Source: an uncultured Acidobacteriota bacterium (GTDB taxonomy: Bacteria > Acidobacteriota > Thermoanaerobaculia > UBA5066). From it: a stretch of DNA of 64,000 nt. Position 1 is the stretch's first letter, and every line of letters starts with the position of its first letter. Below are positions 41,204 to 49,625 of the stretch, in pieces. The stretch covers positions 320,001-384,000 of the forward strand of contig CAVZYA010000002.1 in the NCBI GenBank assembly GCA_963779415.1. Direction: 5' to 3'. The notes under the pieces are model-generated. The model ran no database searches. It was not told where the DNA came from and saw nothing but the letters and a program-made list of their open reading frames with translations. Position numbers and translations under genes: made by a program.

Positions 41204-42052
41204 TCACTTCGCGATCTTCGCGTTCTCGACGAGGACGGGATAGGCGTAGCCGGCGCCGAAGTCCTTGTCGAGGCGGACCGTGCCGGTCACGAGGATCACG
41301 TCCCCTACGGCCGCAGGGTCCGTCGTCGTGACCGTGATGTCGTCGTCCTTCCCCTCGCGCGACCCCGTGCCGTCGCGCAGGTGGATCCAGTTCTTCCCCA
41401 TCACCCCCGCGGTGAACTTCACGACCTTCCCGCGGACTGCGACTTCCCTTTCCTTCAGGGCCGCTCTCTGGGCGAACAGCTCGGCGACGGTCCGGCCGTT
41501 TACTCCTTCGGCCTTCTTCACCTCGATCTTCCCGACGTCGGCCGGCCCGGAGGCGGCCGCCGCGTGCTGCGTTTTCATCTCCTCGCGAACCTTCGTGAGA
41601 TCGGCCGACTCGTGTCCCGAGGCCATCGCGGCGGGCGCGACGCCCGGTGTCCCGTGGGGAGACGTCGCGGCCGCGGGTTCGTCTCCCGCTGCGGCGAGAT
41701 TCCCGAAGACGATCCGGTCGAACGTCCGCTTGAGCGTCCTGCTCTCGAAGCCGTCCATCGGGGCGGCGTTGACGACCGTGACCTCGTCCCCCTTCTTCAC
41801 GGGGGCCTTCAGGACGGCTGCCCACGTTTCGCCGTCGGCCGTCTTCAGGCGCATGTACGTGTAGTCCGATGCGTCAAAGGTCTCCTCGACGAGGCCGTGG
41901 ATCGTGAGCCTGGCCGCCGGGGCCGCGGCCGAGGAGGCGGTATCGGGCGGGGCCGGAGCCTTCCCGGCGGGGGAGGCGGGGGCTTCCTTTCTCCCGCAGG
42001 CGGGGAGGACGAGAACGAGGGCGAGAAGAAGAGAAGTGACGGGACGATTCAC
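41204..42052 (-). CDS. Lipoprotein with OB-fold-like domains (NrfJ-like)
   Basis: Lipobox LPAC; YTYMRL...TWAAV, FESRTLKRTF, NWIHLRDGTG, KDFGAGY.Y. Confidence 0.65.
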   Translation of the reverse strand: MNRPVTSLLLALVLVLPACGRKEAPASPAGKAPAPPDTASSAAAPAARLTIHGLVEETFDASDYTYMRLKTADGETWAAVLKAPVKKGDEVTVVNAAPMDGFESRTLKRTFDRIVFGNLAAAGDEPAAATSPHGTPGVAPAAMASGHESADLTKVREEMKTQHAAAASGPADVGKIEVKKAEGVNGRTVAELFAQRAALKEREVAVRGKVVKFTAGVMGKNWIHLRDGTGSREGKDDDITVTTTDPAAVGDVILVTGTVRLDKDFGAGYAYPVLVENAKIAK

Positions 42053-42062
42053 GAGAATCTCC

Positions 42063-42419
42063 TTAGTTCCCTTCCGCGAAGAGCCACGAAAGGACGGTCG
42101 AGACGATCGAGACGAGAAGGGCTCCGAGGAACGCCGCCAGAAAGCCGTCCACCCGGAAGTCGATCCCCAGCTTCGCCCCGAACCACGCCGTCAGGAGGAG
42201 CATGACGGCGTTCACGACGAGGGTGAAGAGGCCGAGCGTCAGGAGAATGATCGGACAGCTCACGAGCTTCAGGAACGGCCGGATCAGCGCGTTGAGGACG
42301 CCGAAAACGACCGCGATCGCGAGGATCGAGCCGATTCCCCCCGCTTCGATCCCCGGAACGAGCCGGGCCGCCACCCAGAGGGCCGCTGCGTTGACGAGAA
42401 TGCGGACGATGAAATTCAT
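42063..42419 (-). CDS. Phage holin family (YvlD-like, 4 TM) membrane protein
   Basis: LNALIRPFL...P..LLTLGLFTLVVNA motif. Confidence 0.85.
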   Translation of the reverse strand: MNFIVRILVNAAALWVAARLVPGIEAGGIGSILAIAVVFGVLNALIRPFLKLVSCPIILLTLGLFTLVVNAVMLLLTAWFGAKLGIDFRVDGFLAAFLGALLVSIVSTVLSWLFAEGN

Positions 42420-42462
42420 GGTGGCCGGCATTGTAGAGGAGCGCCCACCGTAGAATGCTCCG

Positions 42463-42891
42463 GTGCCGGACCGGAAGTACCGTCAGAAGGGATATCAGGA
42501 CAACGCGCCGCACGCGCGGCGCAGCGACGCTTTCTCCGACGCCGGAAAGCGTCTCGAGGGGGCACCGAAAGGACGGGGCGCCGAGCGGAACCGCGACGAG
42601 GTCTTCCGCTGCAAGCTCTGCGGCGAGAAGAATGACTCCGAGGTGGCCGCCGCCTCCCTTTGCCGGAAGTGCCGGGCCCCCCTTCATGCCTGCAACCAAT
42701 GTCGTTTCTTCGACGGAGCGGCTCGCTGGCAATGCCGGGCCGAAATCCCCGCTCCGGTCGCCGCCAAGTCCAAGGCGAACGACTGCACGTTCTACGCCCC
42801 CGTCGTCACGCTTGACCTGACCGGCACGAAGTCCTCCGAGTCGCCGGACCAGGCCCGCGCAGCGTTCGACAAGCTCTTCGGGAAGCGTTAG
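42463..42891 (+). CDS. Cys-rich hypothetical protein (probable Zn/Fe-S binding)
   Basis: CKLC, CRKC, CNQC and further Cys; ends ARAAFDKLF. Confidence 0.7.
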   Translation: MPDRKYRQKGYQDNAPHARRSDAFSDAGKRLEGAPKGRGAERNRDEVFRCKLCGEKNDSEVAAASLCRKCRAPLHACNQCRFFDGAARWQCRAEIPAPVAAKSKANDCTFYAPVVTLDLTGTKSSESPDQARAAFDKLFGKR

Positions 42892-42931
42892 GAGGGGGTC
42901 CGGGGGAACACCGTTCCCCCGGCATCGGGGT

Positions 42932-43336
42932 TCAGGACCGGAGAGCTTCCACGATGCGACGGAGTGCGGCACCAACCTCGGCGCCGATGGGCGCGAGCGC
43001 GGGCTTCCCGACGACGGCCATGACGCTCTCCGGGTTCATCGCGCGGACGATGGTCTTTCCCCCCTCCACCGAGATCGTCACGTTGCAGGGGAGGAGGACC
43101 CCCGCCTCCGGGGCCGCCGAGAGGGCCTTGTGGGCCGACGACGGATGGCAGGCCCCGAGAATCAGGTACGGCGCGACGTCCACGTCCAGCTTCTTCTTGA
43201 ACGTCGCTTTGACGTCGATCTCCGTGATGACGCCGAAGCCCTCGGCGGCGAGAAGTTCCCGGGCGCGAGCGACGGCGTTCTCGAAGGAACGGGACGAGAC
43301 GGTTTCATACGCGACCGGGGAGGTGGAGACGCTCAT
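42932..43336 (-). CDS. DUF302 domain protein
   Basis: EGFGVITEIDV..TFKKKL, YLILGACHP, GVLLPCNV. Confidence 0.88.
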   Translation of the reverse strand: MSVSTSPVAYETVSSRSFENAVARARELLAAEGFGVITEIDVKATFKKKLDVDVAPYLILGACHPSSAHKALSAAPEAGVLLPCNVTISVEGGKTIVRAMNPESVMAVVGKPALAPIGAEVGAALRRIVEALRS

Positions 43337-43539
43337 CGGGGCTCCATCGGCGTCACGCTCTTTTCCGGGCCGCCTCCGGATGCCTCCTCCCTCTTCTCTC
43401 CCGTCCCTCCGCAGCCTCCCCGGCCCCCGGCCGGGTTCGGCACGGCTCACGTCGGGACGCCGAAGCGCGGAAGGACGACCGTCTGGAGCAGCCACCAGCC
43501 GGCGAGGAAGAGGGCGAAGCCGAGGAGATCTCCCGACAT
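43333..43539 (-). CDS. Putative small membrane selenoprotein (68 aa; in-frame UGA at codon 31, 43447-43449)
   Basis: MSGDLLGFALFLAGWWLLQTVVLPRFGVPT-UGA-AVPNPAGGRGGCGG...MEPR-stop; the second stop overlaps the DUF302 ATG (ATGA); SECIS-like hairpin after the UGA. Confidence 0.6.
43419..43435 (-). promoter_or_regulatory. Bacterial SECIS-like hairpin
   Basis: CCCGGCC-GGG-GGCCGGG beginning 11 nt 3' of the UGA; extendable by a GCC/GGC lower stem. Confidence 0.55.
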
Positions 43540-43713
43540 CGCCCTGACTGTCGCTCTTTAGCTGCGAAGAGTCAATGAAGTCCGGAGGGGGCGCGGAAGG
43601 GTACAGGGGGACGACGCGAGAGCGTCGTCGCCACCGGGTTCCCCGGCGGAACGATCTCGAACAAGCGAAAGCTCATTCGGAAGGCTCTCGGAAGCTGCGT
43701 GAACAGGTCGGCG

Positions 43714-44133
43714 AAAGCGATCGTAATGGGCATCCTCGAGCGCGGCGGGCGGGTCCGGACGAAGGTCGTTCCGGGCGCTACTGGGCCGACGCTCAGGGGC
43801 GAGTCCGAGCGGATCTCCAGCCTGTCGTGACGACCTACACGGATGCCCTGCCCTCCTATCGTGGGCTCGAATAGATGCTCCTTCACGACACCGTGAACCA
43901 CCTAGAACCCTACGTCCGTGGGCGGGTTCATACTCAGGGAATCGAGAATTTCTGGAGCGCTTGAAGCGGGTCCGGAAGGGAACCTTCGTCAACGCGGTGC
44001 CCGCGCACGTTGGCGCTTATGTGGACGAGCAGGCGTTCCGGTTCTACGAGCGTGAGAAGAATGATGTCGGGCGACACGCGGTGGGGCGGCGGCCATTGGC
44101 CGGAAGCGGCTCACGTACAAACAGCTCATTGCG
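43714..44133 (+). pseudogene. IS1595-family (ISXO2-like DDE) transposase remnant
   Basis: Fragments in shifting frames: KAIVMGILERGGRVRTKVVP, YTDALPSYRGL-stop, VNH...YVRGRVHTQGIENFWS, YVDEQAFRF, KRLTYKQLI. Confidence 0.85.
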
Positions 44134-44144
44134 GAGAGGCCAGC

Positions 44145-44324
44145 GTGGTAAGCGTCACCGGCAGAATCGCGGGAAGCGAAAGAAGACAGCCACCTCGAAG
44201 CGAGACGTCACCAAGGTTCGACACGCTTGAGGCCCGGACGAAGAAGATCCTGAGGGTGCCGAAGACGGGCGTCATCAAACTAGACGAGAAGAGATGGGCG
44301 AAAGAGCAAAGGAGACGTCGATGA
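44145..44324 (+). CDS. Small basic hypothetical protein downstream of the transposase
   Basis: GTG with upstream GGAGAGG; FDTL...KKILRVPK; stop overlaps the next ATG. Confidence 0.4.
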   Translation: MVSVTGRIAGSERRQPPRSETSPRFDTLEARTKKILRVPKTGVIKLDEKRWAKEQRRRR

Positions 44325-44845
44325 GCGCAGAGACCGTCCTCTCCGATTATGAGTTAGCTCGCTGTATGGCCGGAATCGAGGCGGTAGATCGGCTCGGGAA
44401 GCCAGTTTTCGAAATAGGGGGAAAACTGCTGAAGAGTCGCGTCGAGGCAGTGCATCTCCGCCGTGAACTCAGATGTCTGGCGAATGGAAGCCATCTTCGA
44501 AGTTACGTCCTTATTGACGATGATGGATGGGCTCGTTTCGGTTTCTTCCGAGAAGCTTGGGTGAAGAATGCGTTGCGCTTTCTGGAAGAAGAGGGCGGCA
44601 GCCTGAAGGAGCGAGACCTCGCGTGGATACAGGGGCTCCTCTTCGGTTACCGCCCCGAGAGTATTAGGAACTACCTACGTGCTAGTTCTGCGTCTGCCGA
44701 ACCAGCACCCAGGTTACGGCGAAACGGCAACGCCGTTTGCACGGCGGAAACGTCTCGCCGCGCGAGAGAGCGATCTGCTCGTTGCAGCATGCCGCCAAGT
44801 AGATTCCGCTCTGCGCACACTTCTGACCAGTCGTTCCGGACATAA
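44321..44845 (+). CDS. Hypothetical IS passenger protein
   Basis: SD AAGGAG before ATG 44321; globular part ends near WIQGLLFGYRPESIRNYL; the tail overlaps an antisense gene. Confidence 0.6.
   Translation: MSAETVLSDYELARCMAGIEAVDRLGKPVFEIGGKLLKSRVEAVHLRRELRCLANGSHLRSYVLIDDDGWARFGFFREAWVKNALRFLEEEGGSLKERDLAWIQGLLFGYRPESIRNYLRASSASAEPAPRLRRNGNAVCTAETSRRARERSARCSMPPSRFRSAHTSDQSFRT
44682..44843 (-). CDS. YjzC-like zinc-ribbon microprotein (53 aa), missing from the ORF track
   Basis: MSGTTGQKCAQSGIYLAACCNEQIALSRGETFPPCKRRCRFAVTWVLVRQTQN; SD GAGGGA; TG....SG.Y...GE.FPPC...W.LV pattern. Confidence 0.75.
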   Translation of the reverse strand: MSGTTGQKCAQSGIYLAACCNEQIALSRGETFPPCKRRCRFAVTWVLVRQTQN

Positions 44846-45150
44846 ATCCCTCATTGCTCCAAACGGAGCTTAAGAAAGTGGGATCGCCCTTGCGGATCGG
44901 GTCACGATGCCGTACTGTACGGCTTGCTCAATAACGTGCCCTAGAGGCGGGCGACCCCGCCCTGCCCCCGAGCCGTGACCCTTTCTGGAGGGTTCACGGC
45001 TCGTCCTTTCTACTGATAGTCGCGCCTTGGTGGCGCTCTGATTCGGGTCACCTCTTCATTCCCACCTCCGTTTCATGGACCCTCGGGGAGACGATCCCCG
45101 CGGATCGGGATCCAGAATCCCGTCCCGGCCACCACGGCAAGGCCCCCTGC

Positions 45151-45543
45151 TCAGCCGACAAGCGATGCCTGCACTTCGGGTTCTCGCGCAACGGCGAGGC
45201 GGTATCGACCCCGTCGCACCTTCTTTAGGATCTTCTTGTCGGTCAGACGAAACACTGTCGAGCGGAAAGAACGAAGGTTGCCGGCTCCGATCTTCTTGGC
45301 CAGATCCTTCGCCGACATCTCGCCTCGGGGTTCTCCGGCGAGAGTCCTAAGAATCCTATCGGCTACGCTGCCTTCCTTCACGGCGAATTGCGGCGGCTCA
45401 TTATGGGGCTCCGCCGCGGGAGAGGGATGTTCGCTGCCGCCGACCAGCCTATTAAGCTCTTCCTCAGCCTTTCGGAGTGCCTGGCGGAGTCTGATCACCT
45501 CGGCTCCCAGGGCCACGGCGCATTCGGCCTTCGAGTTCAGCAT
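45151..45543 (-). CDS. Coiled-coil plus winged-helix putative DNA-binding protein
   Basis: N-terminal LRQALRKAEEELNRL; C-terminal SAKDLAKKI...FRSTVFRL...VRRGRYRL; TTGACT-18-TACTTA promoter-like sequence at 45551-45580. Confidence 0.65.
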   Translation of the reverse strand: MLNSKAECAVALGAEVIRLRQALRKAEEELNRLVGGSEHPSPAAEPHNEPPQFAVKEGSVADRILRTLAGEPRGEMSAKDLAKKIGAGNLRSFRSTVFRLTDKKILKKVRRGRYRLAVAREPEVQASLVG

Positions 45544-45643
45544 GGAGGATTAAGTACCACGAAGGCATCACGGAAGTCAACACGCCGTAAGAAAGGCGTG
45601 CCTCCCTTGGCCGGAACTTTCGTGGAGCATCCGGCGGAGCATC

Positions 45644-45850
45644 TCAGCTGGGCATTTCCGCCCAGTGGCTCACGTGGAGAAGAACGATCTGGGAGGGTTG
45701 TCCCTTCACGACTTCTCTGAATTTCTTGTCCGCGCCGAAGATCGCGAAGGCGGCTCGCTGCTCAGGTTCAAGAACAAAGACCACTACCTGTTCGTCCGAC
45801 TCCGGCTTGGTCGCCGGAAAGGGATTCCAGTTTGACGGCTGTGTCTTCAT
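45644..45850 (-). CDS. Small hypothetical protein
   Basis: 68 aa; SD GGAGGA; W.P...KP...V...VSHWAEMP pattern reminiscent of phage DUF551-type proteins. Confidence 0.5.
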   Translation of the reverse strand: MKTQPSNWNPFPATKPESDEQVVVFVLEPEQRAAFAIFGADKKFREVVKGQPSQIVLLHVSHWAEMPS

Positions 45851-45931
45851 TTCGCAGGTCCTCCCGGAAACGTATTCGAGAGCATCGACCGGTTAGTCAA
45901 GAATGTTGATGCTGGGTTCCCCGGATCCATT

Positions 45932-48820
45932 TCAACTGCAGCCCCACGTCGCGCCGCAGTTGAGGCACTTGTAGCAGGCGGCGCTCCGGACCATGAGGCT
46001 CCCGCACTCGTGGCAGCTCGGCGCGTCCGCGCTGTTCTCGAAGGTGGCCGTGGGACGAACCGGGACCTCCGCGGCGGCCGCGAAACCGATGGCGCGCGGC
46101 TCCGGCGCCTCGGCCTTCGGCAGGGCGGCGACGGCTCCGGGCCCGGCCACGGCGGTCGCCGCGGCTCCGGCCGCGGCATGCGGGCCGTTCTCGTCGGCGC
46201 GGGCCGGTGCGCCGGACACCTCGCGCGCGACGACGCCCGCCCGCTCCTTCAGGTCCGCCGAGAGAAACTTCGAGGCGAGCCAGCGGAAGATGTAGTCGAT
46301 GAGGCTCTTGGCGATCGGGATCTCCGGGTTCTTCGTGTATCCGGCCGGCTCGAAGCGCATGTGGCTGAACTTCTCGACGAGCGCCTCGAGCGGGACGCCG
46401 TACTGGAGCGTCAGCGAAATTGCGGTCGCGAAGCCGTCCATGAGCCCCGAGATCGTCGAGCCTTCCTTGGCCATCGTCAGGAAGATCTCGCCCGGCGTCC
46501 CGTCCTCGTAGAGCCCGACGGTGATGTACCCCTCGTGCCCGGCGACGGAGAACTTGTGCGTGATGGCGCGCCGCTCGTCCGGAAGCTTCCGCCGGCGGGG
46601 GGTGGTCGGGGCCGGCGCGGCCGGCGCCGGAGCGGCAGCGGCTCCCTTCCTCCCCTTCACGGCGTCGTCGCTCTTCGAGGCCGCCGTGTTGAGCGGCTGG
46701 GTCCGCTTGCAGCCGTCGCGGTAGATCGCGATCGCCTTGAGACCCAGCTTCCACCCTTCGCGGTAGACGTTCTCGATCTCCTCGACCGTCGCGTCGTGCG
46801 GGAGGTTCACCGTCTTCGAGATCGCGCCCGAAAGGAACGGCTGGACCGCCGCCATCATCCGGACGTGTCCCATCGGCGCGATGGAGCGCGTGCCGCCGAC
46901 CGCCCGGAAGGCGCAGTCGAAGACAGGAAGGTGCTCGCTCTTCAGCCCCGGCGCTCCCTCGATCGTCCCCTTCTCGTCGATCCACCGGACGATCGTGTTC
47001 GCCTCCGCCTCGCTGTAGCCGAGGCGCAGGAGCGCGTGCGGCACCGTGTTGTTGACGATCTTGATCGTCCCGCCCCCGACGAGCTTCTTGTACTTCACGA
47101 GGGCGAGGTCGGGCTCCACGCCCGTCGTGTCGCAGTCCATCATGAAGCCGATCGTCCCCGTCGGCGCGAGGACCGTCGCCTGGGCGTTGCGGTAGCCGTG
47201 CTGCCGCCCCGACTCGAGCGTCAGGTCCCACACCGCCCGCTGCGCCTCGAAGAGGTCCTTCGGTACGCCGCCGCGGGAGACGCGGTAGGCCGCGTCCCGG
47301 TGCATCCCGATCACCTCGAGGAAGGGATCGCGGTTGGGCGCGTAGAACGCGAAGGGGCCCAGCTCGGCGGCCAGCTTGGCGGAGGTGAGGAACGCCTGCC
47401 CGTGCATCAGGCTCGTGACCGCGGCCGCGTAATGCCGCCCCTCGTCGCCGTCGTAGGGGAGCCCGTTGTACATCAGGAGCGCCCCGAGGTTCGCGTAGCC
47501 GAGGCCGATCGGACGGAAGTCGTGGGAGTTCTTCTCGATGGCCGGCGTCGGGTAGGAGGCCTCGTCCACGAGAATCTCCTGGGCGGTAAAGACGACGTCC
47601 ACGGCGTGCCGGAACTTCTCGATCTCGAGGCCGCCGTCCTCCCGCGCGAACTTCATCAGGTTCAGCGAGGCGAGGTTGCAGGCCGAGTCATCGATGAACA
47701 TGTACTCGGAGCAGGGGTTCGAGGCGTTGATCCGGTGCGTCGCCTTGCAGGGATTCCAGTGGTTGACCGTCGTGTCGTACTGCATCCCCGGGTCGCCGCA
47801 GATCCATGCGGCCTCGGACATCTTCTTGAAGAGGGTCCGGGCGTCGAACGTCCCGAGGGGCTCGCCGGTCGTCACGGCGTGCGTCACGTGCACTCCCCCC
47901 GTTTCGACGGCCTGCATGAAGGCGTCCGTCACGCGAACGGAGTGATTCGCGTTCTGGAAGCCGAGCTGGTTGTAGACCTCGCCGCCGAAGGAGCCGTCCC
48001 AGCCCGCCTCGATGAGGTCCCAGGCCTTTCGTTCCTCCTTCGCCTTGCAGTCGATGAACTCCTCGATGTCCGGGTGGTCCACGTTCAGGATGACCATCTT
48101 CGCGGCCCGCCGCGTCTTCCCGCCCGACTTGATCGCTCCGGCGAAGCTGTCGAATCCCTTCATGAACGAGACCGGCCCGGAGGCGATCCCGCCCGAGGAG
48201 AGCGATTCGGTCGAGGAGCGGAGCGAGGAGAGGTTCGATCCGGTCCCCGATCCGAACTTGAAGAGCATCCCCTCCGTCTTCGCGAGGTCGAGAATGGAGC
48301 CCATCGAGTCCCCGACGGCGTTGATGAAGCAGGCGGAGGCCTGCGGCTTCGCCTCGACGCCGACGTTGAACCAGACGGGGGAGTTGAAGCTCGCGGCCTG
48401 GTTGACGAGCAGGTACGTCAGCTCGTCGGAAAAGACGTCGCGGTCGGCGGCGGTCCGGAAGGTGCCGTTCTTCCAGCCCCAGCCGGTGATCGCGTTGACG
48501 ACGCGCGACACGAGCTGCCGGACCGAGCGTTCGCGCTGCGGCGTCCCGGCCTTTCCGTGAAAATACTTCTGCGCGACGATGTTCGTCGCCGTCATCGACC
48601 ACGACTTCGGGACCTCGACGTCCTTCTGCTCGAAGAAGACCTCGCCTTTCTCGTTCGTGATCGCGGCTGTCCGGAGCTCCCACTCCACCGCTTCGAACGG
48701 CGGGGTGACGCCGTCCGTGTAGAGGCGCCGGAAGGTGAGGCCCGAAAGGCCCGATCCTGCGGCAGCAGCCGCTCTTGCCTTCGTCTCCCCGACCGTCGTC
48801 TCTTTTTCGCGTGCGCTCAT
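45932..48820 (-). CDS. nrdJ: Vitamin B12-dependent (class II) ribonucleotide reductase
   Basis: FNSPVWFN, QASACFI, GGKTRRAAKM, SNPCSEY, APTGTI, SKTVN, C-terminal CHEC/CLNC. Start moved to ATG 48820. Confidence 0.95.
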   Translation of the reverse strand: MSAREKETTVGETKARAAAAAGSGLSGLTFRRLYTDGVTPPFEAVEWELRTAAITNEKGEVFFEQKDVEVPKSWSMTATNIVAQKYFHGKAGTPQRERSVRQLVSRVVNAITGWGWKNGTFRTAADRDVFSDELTYLLVNQAASFNSPVWFNVGVEAKPQASACFINAVGDSMGSILDLAKTEGMLFKFGSGTGSNLSSLRSSTESLSSGGIASGPVSFMKGFDSFAGAIKSGGKTRRAAKMVILNVDHPDIEEFIDCKAKEERKAWDLIEAGWDGSFGGEVYNQLGFQNANHSVRVTDAFMQAVETGGVHVTHAVTTGEPLGTFDARTLFKKMSEAAWICGDPGMQYDTTVNHWNPCKATHRINASNPCSEYMFIDDSACNLASLNLMKFAREDGGLEIEKFRHAVDVVFTAQEILVDEASYPTPAIEKNSHDFRPIGLGYANLGALLMYNGLPYDGDEGRHYAAAVTSLMHGQAFLTSAKLAAELGPFAFYAPNRDPFLEVIGMHRDAAYRVSRGGVPKDLFEAQRAVWDLTLESGRQHGYRNAQATVLAPTGTIGFMMDCDTTGVEPDLALVKYKKLVGGGTIKIVNNTVPHALLRLGYSEAEANTIVRWIDEKGTIEGAPGLKSEHLPVFDCAFRAVGGTRSIAPMGHVRMMAAVQPFLSGAISKTVNLPHDATVEEIENVYREGWKLGLKAIAIYRDGCKRTQPLNTAASKSDDAVKGRKGAAAAPAPAAPAPTTPRRRKLPDERRAITHKFSVAGHEGYITVGLYEDGTPGEIFLTMAKEGSTISGLMDGFATAISLTLQYGVPLEALVEKFSHMRFEPAGYTKNPEIPIAKSLIDYIFRWLASKFLSADLKERAGVVAREVSGAPARADENGPHAAAGAAATAVAGPGAVAALPKAEAPEPRAIGFAAAAEVPVRPTATFENSADAPSCHECGSLMVRSAACYKCLNCGATWGCS

Positions 48821-48973
48821 GCCGAAACCCCCACCGCTTCGCCCGTGAAGGCGACTTCCCGCACCGTATCGGGGAGTCGGGGGATCCCCGTTCCCCTCGG
48901 GATTTATCGCGTCAGCCGGATTTAGCGGACGTTTCTCAAGGTAGTCCCGCGATTCGGGATTTTCAAGGGGAAA

Positions 48974-49020
48974 ATACAATCCATAGTGTGCTTGTAACCT
49001 GGAGGCACTAGATCCTGTGG
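48974..49020 (-). promoter_or_regulatory. Tandem NrdR boxes upstream of nrdJ
   Basis: ACACTATGGATTGTAT (48974-48989) and CCACAGGATCTAGTGC (49005-49020) resemble the 16-bp NrdR consensus, with the characteristic 31-bp offset. Confidence 0.75.
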
Positions 49021-49130
49021 CCCGAAGGATGCTTCCGCGGTTCTGGAACGACTCCCATCCGATTGACAGGGACGAGCGGATACATTGAAGATGTTCGGAC
49101 GGGCGGGGAGTCCGTCCTGGGAGGTTGTCG

Positions 49131-49502
49131 ATGTCGTCCACGCTCACCGAGAACAGTTCTGCTGCGCCTGAGGGCGATTTCGTCCTCACCCTGACCGACC
49201 GGGCCGTCGACAAGGTGAAGGACTTTGCGGCCAAGATGCCCGATGCCGCCGGCAAGGCGCTCCGCGTCTTCATCCAGGGAGGGGGCTGTTCCGGCTTCCA
49301 GTACGGCTTCACGTTCGACGACAAGCGCCCGACGGATCACGTCCTTTCGGTCCGGGACGTCGAGGTCGTCGTCGATCCGGCGAGCGCCGCCAAGCTCCAC
49401 GGTGCGACGGTCGACTTCGTCGAGGACTTCCGGGGCGCGGGATTCTCCGTCGAGAACCCGAACGCCTCGCACGGCTGCGGCTGCGGCAAGTCCTTCAGCT
49501 GA
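49131..49502 (+). CDS. A-type Fe-S carrier, HesB/IscA/ErpA family
   Basis: GGGCSGFQY and NPNA..GCGCGKSF. Confidence 0.92.
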   Translation: MSSTLTENSSAAPEGDFVLTLTDRAVDKVKDFAAKMPDAAGKALRVFIQGGGCSGFQYGFTFDDKRPTDHVLSVRDVEVVVDPASAAKLHGATVDFVEDFRGAGFSVENPNASHGCGCGKSFS

Positions 49503-49625
49503 AATGTTCCGGGAGAACCCGGACGTCGGGTTCTCCCGGCCCACTCCGCACGAATCGCGGTCTACTCCGGGCGGCCCGATGCGGCCGCCCGAATCTTCTG
49601 ACTCACCGTCTATAGTTCGCACCGC

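Larger units (their letters stand above)
43560..45930. mobile_element. Decayed IS1595-family element or island with passenger genes; boundaries approximate
   Basis: Transposase remnant, visibly lower GC and several small ORFs between the DUF302 locus and nrdJ. Terminal inverted repeats not identified. Confidence 0.6.

Noticed and set aside
42063-42419. Phage holin family gene as evidence of a prophage
   Set aside because: YvlD-like 4-TM proteins are common chromosomal genes; no phage structural, lysin or integrase genes are nearby.
48821-49120. Cobalamin riboswitch upstream of nrdJ, or an intein within it
   Set aside because: No recognisable B12-box; the 962-aa protein has contiguous motifs and no intein signatures. 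NrdR boxes explain the regulation.
49490-49540. UGA stop of the HesB/ErpA gene followed by a hairpin as a possible Sec codon
   Set aside because: The UGA follows the family's normal C-terminus (CGCGKSFS) and all three Cys ligands are already encoded.
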